In this document: positions 27,459 through 36,626 of the stretch, piece after piece
How the letters are laid out: each line of letters begins with the position of its first letter
How positions within the stretch are numbered: the first letter of the stretch is position 1
Source of the DNA: an uncultured Candidatus Saccharimonadales bacterium
GTDB lineage: Bacteria > Patescibacteriota > Saccharimonadia > UBA4664
Direction of reading: 5' to 3'
DNA length: 45,740 nucleotides
Assembly (NCBI GenBank): GCA_964609585.1
Contig: CAZSRA010000007.1
Location: 1-45,740, forward strand
The notes under the pieces: generated by a model
What the model was told of the DNA's origin: nothing
The model's input: the letters and a program-made list of their open reading frames with translations, nothing else
Database searches by the model: none
Made by a program: the position numbers and the translations under genes

Positions 27459-28199
27459 ATGAAAATCAATGCCATTCTTCAACAATTAGGTTTTTCCGAT
27501 AACGAGACGGCAGTGTATTTGGCCGCTCTGGAAACCGGGCTATCCTCAGCACAAGCAATAGCAAAAAAGGCTGGAATCAAACGAACCACCACTTACTCAA
27601 TCCTAGAAAAGCTGGTAGCTCGAGGAGTGGTGGGGAAGTCTATTGCACAAGGTGCTGCTCGGTTTATGGTAGAGCCACCCGAGAAGCTCATCGCAATGAT
27701 TACAAATCTACACGAACGGCTCATCGGCGTCTTGCCGGAGCTTGAAGCGGTCTACAACGCTCACGAGTCGAAGCCAAAAATTGTGTTCTATGAAGGCAAA
27801 GAAGCTATCGCAAACGTTCTCGAGGACACACTAAGAGAAAAGCCAACTGAGGTTCTTGAGTGGAACACTGATCTATATTTTGACAAATTCTCTAAGAGTC
27901 ATGATTATATCGATCGTCGAGCTGGACTCGAGATAAAAGCCCGGCGAATGGCAGGCGAGGGCTCAATTTGGCACACCAAACATCGGGCTTACGATAGCTT
28001 GGAAAAGTCTAAAACTCGCATTGTATCAAAAGACTTGTTTTGGCCCGAGATTGAAGTAAACATCTATGGCAATAAAGTGGCGTTTCTCAATTATGCCGAT
28101 GATACCTCCCTCATCATCGAGAATCGAGCCATCGCTTCCGCGATGAGGCAAGCATATGAGCTCAGTTGGATGGGTGCTGGGACTATTGAGGTTCGCTAA
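27459..28199 (+). CDS. TrmB-family transcriptional regulator
   Basis: LGFSDNETAVYLAALETG, KRTTTYSILEKLVARG, KPKIVFYEGKE, EVNIYGNKVA; start reassigned to MKINAIL. Confidence 0.88.
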   Translation: MKINAILQQLGFSDNETAVYLAALETGLSSAQAIAKKAGIKRTTTYSILEKLVARGVVGKSIAQGAARFMVEPPEKLIAMITNLHERLIGVLPELEAVYNAHESKPKIVFYEGKEAIANVLEDTLREKPTEVLEWNTDLYFDKFSKSHDYIDRRAGLEIKARRMAGEGSIWHTKHRAYDSLEKSKTRIVSKDLFWPEIEVNIYGNKVAFLNYADDTSLIIENRAIASAMRQAYELSWMGAGTIEVR

Positions 28200-28227
28200 T
28201 CGGAAATCGAGCTCGCTATTTGGTCTA

Positions 28228-28271
28228 ACCATTGCACAAAGAGTTCGAGTGAAAGCCGTTCAAGGGCGCCA
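28228..28271 (+). repeat. Direct repeat copy 2 (44 bp)
   Basis: ACCATTGCACAAAGAGTTCGAGTGAAAGCCGTTCAAGGGCGCCA. Confidence 0.9.
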
Positions 28272-28292
28272 GTTTGCGAATTAAAATGTATC

Positions 28293-28319
28293 AAAATACC
28301 CCTATAAAAGGGGTATTTT
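28293..28319. terminator. Bidirectional intrinsic terminator
   Basis: AAAATACCCCT-N5-AGGGGTATTTT between convergent trmB and lnt-like genes. Confidence 0.8.
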
Positions 28320-28335
28320 CGTTTGGAAGCGACTT

Positions 28336-29781
28336 CTACTTACGCATTTGCCATCGGCGGATCCTATGGCCAATAACGATGATGGCAAATAGCCCACTTA
28401 CCCATGCAAACACATCGCCAATCTTGCCGTATGGCGTATCGCCATTACCGACAGGCACAGTTGCCACACGAGAGCTAAAGGTGATCGACGAGCTCATGTT
28501 CTGTGCGATTACCCGTCCACGGTTATCGCTGACCGTTTGTTCGCCCTTTCGTGCAGATCGTGCTACCGAAAAGCCATCCTCAACGCCACGCATAACTGCA
28601 ATACGGGCATGCATCCAGTGGTCAATGGTGAAATCCTCGGCCGGTACGTAGACAAGGCCAACATGCTGTCCAGCGACGTCACTACGGATCATGTCCGGAA
28701 AGTCCATATCTTTGCAAATCTCCACTGCTGCGCCATCGCCGAGTAATCCTGGGGTTGAGCCGGGCATCAAGCCACCTTCATCACTACTAGACTCGGCGGT
28801 TAGTAATCGCCGTTTTGCGTAGGTTTTGCTCGTGCCGTCAGGCTCAAACAATATTGCGATATTGTGCCCGCTCGTGTCGGATGTCTCGTCGTCAAATCCC
28901 GCCACAATGCTCAGATGGTCGGTGCGTGCTTCGTTGGCTAGGGGAGCGAGAGCGGCGTCTCGCCACGCGGGCTTAAGGATTGCTAACTTCTCGGGCAATA
29001 CGACCCTCGAAAGCCCCGAATGCGTCACAGCAACCGCATGAATGTCGGCCGCGTAGGTAGTTGTAAGGTTAATCCAAGTTGGTGCGCCGCTCGCCCGTAG
29101 TGAGGAGGTGTCTTTAGCGATCACGGCTACCTGCGTGGTCACCTGACCGGCACTGGTACTAAGTCTGAGGATCCCAAATCCAAGGTTAGCTAGGAACGCA
29201 GTGGCCACGACCATTAAAAGAGGCTTAGCGTACCTTCGATCGCGCAGTGATAATGCAATGCCGTTGGCAAGCAGACAAATGAGGAACGTAATGCTCCATA
29301 TACCAAAAAGGGAGGCACTTTGTATTAATACTGGAGCGCCCACCTGAGTGTAAGCGAATGATCCGACCGTTCCGTTAGGTGAAACTAGTGAAGTTATATA
29401 CTCGGTAGCAGTCCACAATGCAGGGAAGAATAGCAGTGCTGCTACCCAATTTGAGCGTTTATAGACCCATTTGGTGAGAAGCACTGCAATGACGGCCGTT
29501 ACGGCGAGACCCAAAACACCAAATGTGACCCCGATAGTTGCTGCACCCGTTCCGAGAAATGGTCGGATAAATTCGCTATTGCCAATGCCGAAAGCTAGAA
29601 ATGTTGCAAGTCCCACGCGCCATCCAGGTTGCCTGCTGTAGGCCAGCCACAGCAGAGGTAGTGGAGCAATCCATGCCAGAGCCCACAGGGAGCCAAGTCC
29701 CGTTGACGCATAGAAAGCCAGAGCACTCACTGCAGTGCAGCCGATCACTCCGGCCCAGTCTTTTTGTTTGAGGTTATTCAC
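28336..29781 (-). CDS. Apolipoprotein N-acyltransferase-like membrane protein with C-N hydrolase domain
   Basis: TM N-terminus, LAWIAPLPL, triad candidates VLPEK / YAKRRL / EICKD, MRGVEDG, SDNRG; GTG start after AAAGGAG. Confidence 0.8.
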   Translation of the reverse strand: MNNLKQKDWAGVIGCTAVSALAFYASTGLGSLWALAWIAPLPLLWLAYSRQPGWRVGLATFLAFGIGNSEFIRPFLGTGAATIGVTFGVLGLAVTAVIAVLLTKWVYKRSNWVAALLFFPALWTATEYITSLVSPNGTVGSFAYTQVGAPVLIQSASLFGIWSITFLICLLANGIALSLRDRRYAKPLLMVVATAFLANLGFGILRLSTSAGQVTTQVAVIAKDTSSLRASGAPTWINLTTTYAADIHAVAVTHSGLSRVVLPEKLAILKPAWRDAALAPLANEARTDHLSIVAGFDDETSDTSGHNIAILFEPDGTSKTYAKRRLLTAESSSDEGGLMPGSTPGLLGDGAAVEICKDMDFPDMIRSDVAGQHVGLVYVPAEDFTIDHWMHARIAVMRGVEDGFSVARSARKGEQTVSDNRGRVIAQNMSSSITFSSRVATVPVGNGDTPYGKIGDVFAWVSGLFAIIVIGHRIRRWQMRK

Positions 29782-29818
29782 TCTGCGCTCCTTTATCTTA
29801 CCGTATTCATCTGCGATA

Positions 29819-29834
29819 ATGTAACATGTTACAT
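29819..29834. promoter_or_regulatory. Perfect 16-bp palindrome, probable MarR operator
   Basis: ATGTAACATGTTACAT between the divergent lnt-like and marR genes. Confidence 0.65.
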
Positions 29835-29856
29835 ACTTAATGATCAATGGGTCTAA

Positions 29857-30291
29857 ATGGAAAATTTTGAGTTTATCTTCGAGCTAAACCGTGCGGTCAA
29901 TATCTTCAATGCGTACTATGACACTCGGATCGCGCCAGACACGGCGATAAGCCGAGCGCAATTCACGGTGTTGCTACTTATCAATCGTTTTCCTGGCATT
30001 ACGAAAGCAGAACTTGCACGCAAGCTTAGTTGTTCGCATGTCGCTATAGGCAGAGTCGTTAAAATTTTAGTTAGCGCAGGCTATGTGGATGAGTCATTGG
30101 ATCCACAAAACTCGCATCTTGTGCATCTTGAGCCGACCAAGTTAGGCAAAAGTATGGTCGAAAGTGTTACGCGTACGTTTAACCAGGTTTCTGCTTCTTT
30201 GTTTGCAGGCCTGGAGGATAAAGTTAAGCTTAGTCCATTACGTGAACAGCTTGTAGCATTTAGTGAGACGGTCTTAAGGCATAAATCCTGA
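29857..30291 (+). CDS. MarR-family transcriptional regulator
   Basis: ISRAQFTVLLLI, ITKAELARKL, GRVVKILVSAGYV, LEPTKLG. Confidence 0.85.
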   Translation: MENFEFIFELNRAVNIFNAYYDTRIAPDTAISRAQFTVLLLINRFPGITKAELARKLSCSHVAIGRVVKILVSAGYVDESLDPQNSHLVHLEPTKLGKSMVESVTRTFNQVSASLFAGLEDKVKLSPLREQLVAFSETVLRHKS

Positions 30292-30364
30292 TCAATCCAC
30301 CGTTGGTGCCATCAATTCCTACAGTATGCCGTCGAACCTACCGATGTTGTAATAAAATATTTGC

Positions 30365-30387
30365 TATATACCCCTAGGGGGTATATA
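30365..30387. promoter_or_regulatory. CsoR-type operator
   Basis: TATATACCCC-TAG-GGGGTATATA immediately upstream of csoR. Confidence 0.85.
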
Positions 30388-30395
30388 TATGAAAT

Positions 30396-30722
30396 ATGAT
30401 TTCCAACGTTAAAAAGCGTACAATTCACCGCTCCAAGATCATCGAAGGTCAAATAAAGGGCCTGCAAAAGATGATCGACAACGAGGCCTATTGCATGTAT
30501 ATACTCACACAAAGCCTAGCCATTCAAAAGTCGCTTGCATCGCTAGACAAGCTCATCCTAGAGAACCATATACGTACTCACATCGTCGAGATGATGAGTT
30601 CGGGCGACGAGGGAAAGCAAGACAAAGCGCTCGCGGAACTGCTCGAACTGTACAAACTTCATAACATTAAGGGTCGGTCGGCAGATAGTGTTCCCGCGTC
30701 CATCAATAAAATGAATGTGTAG
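30396..30722 (+). CDS. csoR: CsoR/RcnR-family metal-sensing repressor
   Basis: IEGQIKGLQKMIDNEAYC..ILTQ, ILENHIRTH (second Cys position is His). Confidence 0.9.
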   Translation: MISNVKKRTIHRSKIIEGQIKGLQKMIDNEAYCMYILTQSLAIQKSLASLDKLILENHIRTHIVEMMSSGDEGKQDKALAELLELYKLHNIKGRSADSVPASINKMNV

Positions 30723-30748
30723 CTAAAATAGCTAAGGAGGGTAAAATC

Positions 30749-32743
30749 TTGAAACCAGTAAATCACGATGAACACGTCGACCACGATAAACACGCTGGAC
30801 ACGACCCCAACATGTTTAAGCAAAAGTTCTGGCTAAGCCTTGCGCTTACCATTCCCACGCTTTTATTCTCTGATACCGTCCAAGGCTGGTTTGGCTTGCA
30901 CTGGATATTCTCCGGCAGCCGCTATATTCCGGCTGTTTTTGGCACAATTATTTTCTTCTACGGTGGGTTAGTATTTCTAAAAAGCGCCAGAGTCGAGCTA
31001 GAGGCTCGCCTGCCCGGCATGATGACGCTCATCTCGATGGCCATTTCGGTAGCCTTTGGTTACAGTATCGCCGTTACCCTCAAACTCGTGAATGGTATGG
31101 ATTTCTGGTGGGAGCTTGCGACGCTAGTTACGATTATGCTCCTTGGGCATTGGCTCGAAATGGCTTCGGTGCGAAACGCGCAGGGCGCGCTAAAAGAACT
31201 CGCTAAGCTATTACCAGATGAAGTTGAGCTTGTGGTCGCTGGTGGTACAAAAAAAGTAGCGCTAGCCGAATTAAAAATTGGCGACCTGGTGCTCATTCGT
31301 CCCGGCGTCCAAATCCCAGCCGATGGTGAAGTAGTGAAGGGCGACTCAGACGTCAATGAATCAATGCTCACTGGCGAGTCAAAGCCAGTTAAGAAAACGG
31401 CAGAAGCACCAGTCATCGGCGGCACTATCAATGGTAGCGGCTCGTTAACCATCAGAATTACAAAGATCGGTGACGACACAGCCCTAGCTGGCATCATGAA
31501 GCTTGTAGCCCAGGCACAAAGTAGTAAGTCAAAAACACAAATTGTGGCAGATAAGGCCGCCTTCTATCTGACATTCGTAGCGCTTGGCGCAGCGGCGATC
31601 ACATGGGTAGCCTGGGCCGTGGCTGGGCAGACTGCGGGCTTCATCTTGGAGCGGATCGTTACCGTGCTAGTCATCGCTTGCCCGCATGCACTCGGCCTAG
31701 CCGTTCCCCTTGTGACCGCCATTTCCACGACACTCGCCGCCAAAAATGGTTTGCTTATTCGGCAGCGTATGGCGCTTGAAGCTGCCCGTAATATTGATGT
31801 GATACTGTTTGATAAGACAGGTACCCTCACAACCGGAAAGCAAGGGGTCGTAGATATTATTGCGAGTGGTGATAAAAACCAACTACTCGGGCTCGCTGCT
31901 GCCGTAGAGAATGAATCCGAGCACCCGATTGCTACGGCAATCGTGAGTTCTGCAAAAAAGCAGAACATAAAAATTCCACAAGCTACGGGCTTCAGCTCCC
32001 TCGCCGGACGCGGAGCCGGGGCCACCATTGCCGGTAACACCGTGCATGTAGGCAGTCCGCGCCTCATTGAGGAATTGAAAGCCGCAATTTCAGATGATTT
32101 GGCCACAGCATCGGCCCAGGCATCGAAGGAGGGTAAGACCGTGGTGTATGTTGTCCAAGATAAAACAGTCCACGGGGCAATCATGCTAGCCGACGTTATC
32201 CGGGAAGAGTCCAAAGAAGCGGTCTCTATCCTGCATGCTATGGGTAAACGCGTTGCCATGCTTACCGGCGATAGCAAGGGCGTAGCTGCATGGGTGGCGA
32301 AAGAAATTGGGATCGATGAGTATTTTGCTGAAGTATTGCCCGAGAACAAAGCCGATACCGTCAAAAAACTTCAGGCCGACGGCAGCAACGTTGCCATGGT
32401 CGGAGATGGTGTTAACGATGCTCCAGCTCTCACGCAGGCTGATGTCGGTATTGCGATTGGAGCTGGTACGGATGTGGCGATTGAGTCAGCGGGTATCGTA
32501 CTAGCATCGAGTGACCCACGAGGGGTGCCGAAAATCGTCAAACTGTCTAAAGCCACGTACCGTAAGATGATACAAAATCTTGCATGGGCCACTGGCTACA
32601 ATGCCCTGGCTATACCCCTCGCAGCCGGCGCGACAGCTGCGCTTGGTTTCGTCTTGTCACCAGCCTTTGGTGCAGTACTGATGTCGCTTTCAACGATTGT
32701 AGTAGCAATTAACGCCCAATTTTTGCGCAAACTAAAGCTGTAA
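30749..32743 (+). CDS. copB: Copper-translocating P1B-type ATPase (CopB-like, CPH motif)
   Basis: His-rich N-terminus, TGES, ACPHALGLA, DKTGTLT, SEHP, MVGDGVNDAPAL, YN and MSLS TM motifs. Confidence 0.93.
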   Translation: MKPVNHDEHVDHDKHAGHDPNMFKQKFWLSLALTIPTLLFSDTVQGWFGLHWIFSGSRYIPAVFGTIIFFYGGLVFLKSARVELEARLPGMMTLISMAISVAFGYSIAVTLKLVNGMDFWWELATLVTIMLLGHWLEMASVRNAQGALKELAKLLPDEVELVVAGGTKKVALAELKIGDLVLIRPGVQIPADGEVVKGDSDVNESMLTGESKPVKKTAEAPVIGGTINGSGSLTIRITKIGDDTALAGIMKLVAQAQSSKSKTQIVADKAAFYLTFVALGAAAITWVAWAVAGQTAGFILERIVTVLVIACPHALGLAVPLVTAISTTLAAKNGLLIRQRMALEAARNIDVILFDKTGTLTTGKQGVVDIIASGDKNQLLGLAAAVENESEHPIATAIVSSAKKQNIKIPQATGFSSLAGRGAGATIAGNTVHVGSPRLIEELKAAISDDLATASAQASKEGKTVVYVVQDKTVHGAIMLADVIREESKEAVSILHAMGKRVAMLTGDSKGVAAWVAKEIGIDEYFAEVLPENKADTVKKLQADGSNVAMVGDGVNDAPALTQADVGIAIGAGTDVAIESAGIVLASSDPRGVPKIVKLSKATYRKMIQNLAWATGYNALAIPLAAGATAALGFVLSPAFGAVLMSLSTIVVAINAQFLRKLKL

Positions 32744-32755
32744 CAGGGAGCTACT

Positions 32756-34132
32756 TTAAGCCACAAACGACGACAGCAGCGCCACCGCAAACACGCCCAT
32801 CACGACAAACGCAGTCCACAGCCCAAGCTTCGACCACATCCCGCTTTTATGCTCGCCCATAATGTCGCTACGGCTAGAAATTCTTGCAATCAGGTAAATG
32901 AGCGGTACCGCAGCAATGCCGTTAAACACTGCCGTGAGCACCAACGCCTTCATGGGGTCGAGTCCCACAAAATTAAACATGAGGCCCACGAGCGTGCCAA
33001 AAATAATCACAAAGTAGAATCCGCGAGCTTGCTTAAATTTTCGAAACAGCCCCTCGCGCCAGTTAAACGTTTCCGCCACAGCATACGATGACGAACCCGC
33101 GAGCACCGGAATAGCCTGGAGTCCGACACCAATAATCCCCACCGAAAAGATCAGCTTGGCCAAAAATCCCGCATGCGGAAAACTGTGAACCAATGGCTCA
33201 AGCGCCCTGGCAGCATCAGCGGCTGTTGCAATATTTGTAATGCCAGCCTGGTTGAGCACGACCGCACCCACCACGATGATGAACCACGCGCTCACATTAG
33301 AAAACAGCATACCCATGGCCGTGTCGATTCGCAGCCGCCGCAGATATGGCTTCGTGAGTCGTGGAATACCACCTTTTTGAGCCAACCGGTGTTCGGCAAT
33401 TTCATCCTCCACCACATTGCTCGTCTCCCAAAAGAATAGATATGGCGAGATCGTCGTCCCAAAAATGGCCACAATTATGTAGAGAAAACTCTTGCTCCAC
33501 TCAACGTGCGGCACAAATGTGGCTTTTGCTACTGCTCCCCACGGCACCCCAATTAAAAATGCCGTAATGATATACGCAAACAATGCTATAGCTAGCCATT
33601 TCAAAAGCCGAATATAGCTTTTGTAGGATACAAACACTTCAAGCAGCAAAATTATCAGCGAGAATCCGACAGCGAGTACGGCAAACGGTATCCCTGGGAC
33701 CAGTAAGCGCGTACTAGCCGCCATGGCCCCAATGTCTGAGCCGATGTTGAAAGTATTTGCTGCCACCACCAGCGCCACCACCGGGAACAGTATTTTTTTG
33801 GAATAATGCTCGCGCACTGCCGCTGCCAACCCTTTGCCGGTCACCGCGCCTACCCGCATGCAGGCCTCTTGCACTGCCGTCATGAGAGGCAGGGTAAAGA
33901 GCATCGTCCACGGCATGTGGAGGCCAAACTGGGCGCCGGCCTGTGAGTATGTCGCAATACCGGAGGGGTCGTCATCGGCCGCCCCTGTAACGATTCCTGG
34001 GCCAAGAATTCGCAAAAATCGGCCAAAGCTCTTTTGTTTTGCTCGTCGCCGGGCCGCTCGGGTATGCTCCGCCTCGGCTAGGGCTTCATCGGGCAGTTCA
34101 ACATTAATAGGTTCATTAGATGTACTACTCAT
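32756..34132 (-). CDS. NRAMP-like divalent metal cation transporter
   Basis: LGPGIVTGAADDDPSGIATYSQAGA, GTTISPYLFFW, 11-12 TM segments; start reassigned to MSSTSNEP. Confidence 0.9.
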   Translation of the reverse strand: MSSTSNEPINVELPDEALAEAEHTRAARRRAKQKSFGRFLRILGPGIVTGAADDDPSGIATYSQAGAQFGLHMPWTMLFTLPLMTAVQEACMRVGAVTGKGLAAAVREHYSKKILFPVVALVVAANTFNIGSDIGAMAASTRLLVPGIPFAVLAVGFSLIILLLEVFVSYKSYIRLLKWLAIALFAYIITAFLIGVPWGAVAKATFVPHVEWSKSFLYIIVAIFGTTISPYLFFWETSNVVEDEIAEHRLAQKGGIPRLTKPYLRRLRIDTAMGMLFSNVSAWFIIVVGAVVLNQAGITNIATAADAARALEPLVHSFPHAGFLAKLIFSVGIIGVGLQAIPVLAGSSSYAVAETFNWREGLFRKFKQARGFYFVIIFGTLVGLMFNFVGLDPMKALVLTAVFNGIAAVPLIYLIARISSRSDIMGEHKSGMWSKLGLWTAFVVMGVFAVALLSSFVA

Positions 34133-34201
34133 GCACGAAGCATAAGAACAAAAAGGCTTTATGTCCAGATTATAAATAAGATTAGTCTCTAGAGCCCAGC
34201 A

Positions 34202-34217
34202 TGTGACGAAGCTCACA
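34202..34217. promoter_or_regulatory. CRP-type box
   Basis: TGTGA-CGAAGC-TCACA between the divergent NRAMP and GyrI-like genes. Confidence 0.7.
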
Positions 34218-34263
34218 GCCAATCTAGTAGTAAAAGAGGCACCATAAGGGTGGAGGCAGTATC

Positions 34264-34854
34264 ATGAAAACTACCCTTGAAATAGTCGAAGTTCCCCCAC
34301 AAAACTATGCTTGTATCGACGGCACCGGCAACCCGAATGACAATCTGGATTTTCAAGCCGCTATCGAGGCGCTATACGATATAGGCTACGTTCTAAAAGC
34401 GACCCGCAAGAAAGCAGGGCTCGAGTCAGATTACAAAATCGGCCCCCTTGAGGCCTTATGGCTATCAGACCAAGAGGATTTTGATTGGAGCAACGACACA
34501 AAGACTCCTGCCTGGCGCTGGGTGCTTATGATTTCCCAACCAGCTTTTATCGCAAAGTCTGAATTCACAGCAGCCATCTACCAACTTTCCCTCAAAAAGC
34601 CCAACCCGGCTATAGCCAAGCTCTATCTGAAACAGCTCGATGAAGGCACGGTAGTTCAGATTATGCATGTCGGTCCATGCAGTGCGGAGGGCCCGAACAT
34701 TAAGGCCATGCACGCTTATGCCGAGGAGCAGGGCTACCAATTGACTGGTCAGCATCACGAAATCTATCTCAGCGATCCCCGTCGAGCAAAGCCCGAAAAG
34801 CTCCGCACACTCCTGCGCCATCCCGTCCGACCTATCAACAAACACGCAAAGTAG
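34264..34854 (+). CDS. GyrI-like small-molecule-binding domain protein
   Basis: IDGTGNPN, PLEALW, WRWVLMISQP, VQIMHVGP, HHEIYLSDPRR..PEKLRTLLRHP. Confidence 0.88.
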   Translation: MKTTLEIVEVPPQNYACIDGTGNPNDNLDFQAAIEALYDIGYVLKATRKKAGLESDYKIGPLEALWLSDQEDFDWSNDTKTPAWRWVLMISQPAFIAKSEFTAAIYQLSLKKPNPAIAKLYLKQLDEGTVVQIMHVGPCSAEGPNIKAMHAYAEEQGYQLTGQHHEIYLSDPRRAKPEKLRTLLRHPVRPINKHAK

Positions 34855-34899
34855 CGCGAAATGTCCACTGTAGATTCATTCACTCTCTAAGGAGCTGCC

Positions 34900-35241
34900 A
34901 TGATAACTGTAAAAGCCAAAGGCGATTACAAACTCATCGAAACCAAATCGCAGGTCAAAATCCTCTACTTAGACCATCAAGCTTATGCTTGGGTCTGGGC
35001 CGAAAATATTGGCGAAATTCTCGTTACCACCCATCGACCGCACAAAATAGATCATATCCTAGCTGTTGGGCGTTACCGCTTATACAATGTCGAAACAGAG
35101 CCCAAATACACCGATCTGCAGCACTTGGAGCTTCTCGTCGGGAAAGGGGAGTGGCAAGGTTATTTACTACTCACCGGTCTGCCCACGGACCAAAAAATGC
35201 GTAGCCGTATCATCCCAACGGCTGAGCTCCTTACGCGATGA
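34900..35241 (+). CDS. Hypothetical protein
   Basis: SD AAGGAG, compact 113-aa ORF; no family recognised with certainty. Confidence 0.75.
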   Translation: MITVKAKGDYKLIETKSQVKILYLDHQAYAWVWAENIGEILVTTHRPHKIDHILAVGRYRLYNVETEPKYTDLQHLELLVGKGEWQGYLLLTGLPTDQKMRSRIIPTAELLTR

Positions 35242-35243
35242 GC

Positions 35244-35259
35244 TGTGATCCGAGTCACT
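35244..35259. promoter_or_regulatory. CRP-type box
   Basis: TGTGA-TCCGAG-TCACT; centre is 41.5 bp upstream of a start inferred from -10 TTTAAT (35281-35286). Confidence 0.65.
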
Positions 35260-35308
35260 GTTAAAACCGAGGCACAAAGCTTTAATTAGCCTTAAATAGG
35301 GGACAAAA

Positions 35309-35476
35309 ATGATTCGAACTAAACCCAGTCGCAAACACCATCATGGTCTACTGACGGCACAAGAATTCCAAAAATTACTCCGAGCCCAAGCGCCGTCTGC
35401 ACCAAAAGTCATTCTCGAAAACCTAAGATACCGACTTGATCGCACTCATTTCCTGGAGCGCAAGAGATTACCATGA
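35309..35476 (+). CDS. Small basic protein (55 aa; below the ORF-track cutoff)
   Basis: AGGGGA SD; MIRTKPSRKHHHGLLTAQEFQKLLRAQ...RKRLP; stop overlaps the next ATG (ATGA). Confidence 0.6.
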   Translation: MIRTKPSRKHHHGLLTAQEFQKLLRAQAPSAPKVILENLRYRLDRTHFLERKRLP

Positions 35477-35943
35477 AGACCGTACTTCATCGTAGCCCCA
35501 CAGCCTTGGCGCTGCGTATTTTTCTTTTGCTGTTTCTCATTGATACAGCTTATGCGCTGCTCATCATGCTGTTTCTGAGCATAAATCCGTCCCCAAATTA
35601 CTACACCGGCCTCCTGATCCTGCTCTGGGCCACGCACACGGCCAAGTATATTGCCACGACCTTCCTGCTGCTCCGTCTGCTACTTGTGTGGCTCAGTGAG
35701 TTTTATGCCATCGAAAACGGGCATCTAACAATCCATTCGGGCATCTACGCAATATCGGAAAAAGTTTATGATCTCGCTCAGCTAAAACAAGTGAAGGTTC
35801 ACCAAGACTGGTTCGGTCGACGCTTCAATTTCGGCGATCTTGCCCTTCGGATATCGAGCTCAGGCAGCCACGAAACCATCGAACTACACGACATCGTTAA
35901 CCCACAAATCAGCGAGCGGCAGTTTATAGCCGAGTTCAAATGA
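35473..35943 (+). CDS. Membrane protein with bacterial PH domain
   Basis: Two TM helices, then YAIENGHLTIHSGI...IKVHQDWFGRRFNFGDL pattern. Confidence 0.8.
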   Translation: MKTVLHRSPTALALRIFLLLFLIDTAYALLIMLFLSINPSPNYYTGLLILLWATHTAKYIATTFLLLRLLLVWLSEFYAIENGHLTIHSGIYAISEKVYDLAQLKQVKVHQDWFGRRFNFGDLALRISSSGSHETIELHDIVNPQISERQFIAEFK

Positions 35944-35978
35944 CTGCCCTCCACGCTAAGTATTGGTATAGTGAAGAT

Positions 35979-36626
35979 ATGGATCAAGTCGTTTCGCAAA
36001 AAATCGAGGAGTTCTTCGAATCGTACCCCGGCCGCAATTATCGCAAAGGACAGATGCTTGTTCACGCTCACGACGATCCAGCCTATATTTTTCACTTGCT
36101 CGAAGGCAGAGTGAAGCAATATGACATTTCGTATCGAGGTGATGAGATTGTGCTAAACATTTTTAAACCCCCAGCCTTCTTTCCGATGTCATACGCTATG
36201 AACAAAACCCCCAATGTCTACTTCTACGAAGCCGAAACCGACATAGAACTAAAGCAAGCTCCCGTCGAAGACACCATTAATTTTCTACGATCAAACGCCG
36301 ACGTTACCTACGATCTTCTGGGCCGTGTATACAGAGGCACCGACGGTCTGCTGGGCCGGCTAGCTCACCTCATGGCTGGGACGGCCCGCAGCCGCGTGCT
36401 ATATGAACTTCTCATTGAGGTTCGCCGCTTCGGCGTGTCGCGTGGCAAGGGCGTGGCTATTGTGCTTACCGAATCCGATATTGCAGCCCATGCTGGTCTC
36501 GCTCGGGAGACCGTCAGTCGCGAAATCCACAAACTCAAAGATGAAGGACTCATTTCGCTCATCAAAAATGAAATCTGGGTGAACGATATAGAAAAACTGG
36601 CGACTAAAGTTAGTCGTGAGCTTTAG
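35979..36626 (+). CDS. Crp/Fnr-family transcriptional regulator with CRP-type recognition helix
   Basis: cNMP-binding barrel (FHLLEGRVK), LTESDIAAHAGLARETVSREIHKL (RE..SR); start reassigned to MDQVV. Confidence 0.93.
   Translation: MDQVVSQKIEEFFESYPGRNYRKGQMLVHAHDDPAYIFHLLEGRVKQYDISYRGDEIVLNIFKPPAFFPMSYAMNKTPNVYFYEAETDIELKQAPVEDTINFLRSNADVTYDLLGRVYRGTDGLLGRLAHLMAGTARSRVLYELLIEVRRFGVSRGKGVAIVLTESDIAAHAGLARETVSREIHKLKDEGLISLIKNEIWVNDIEKLATKVSREL

Noticed and set aside
35312-35340. Third copy of the 43-bp repeat (TTCGAA-N17-CACCA)
   Set aside because: Only about 18/28 identity, and it lies inside the 55-aa ORF; likely chance.
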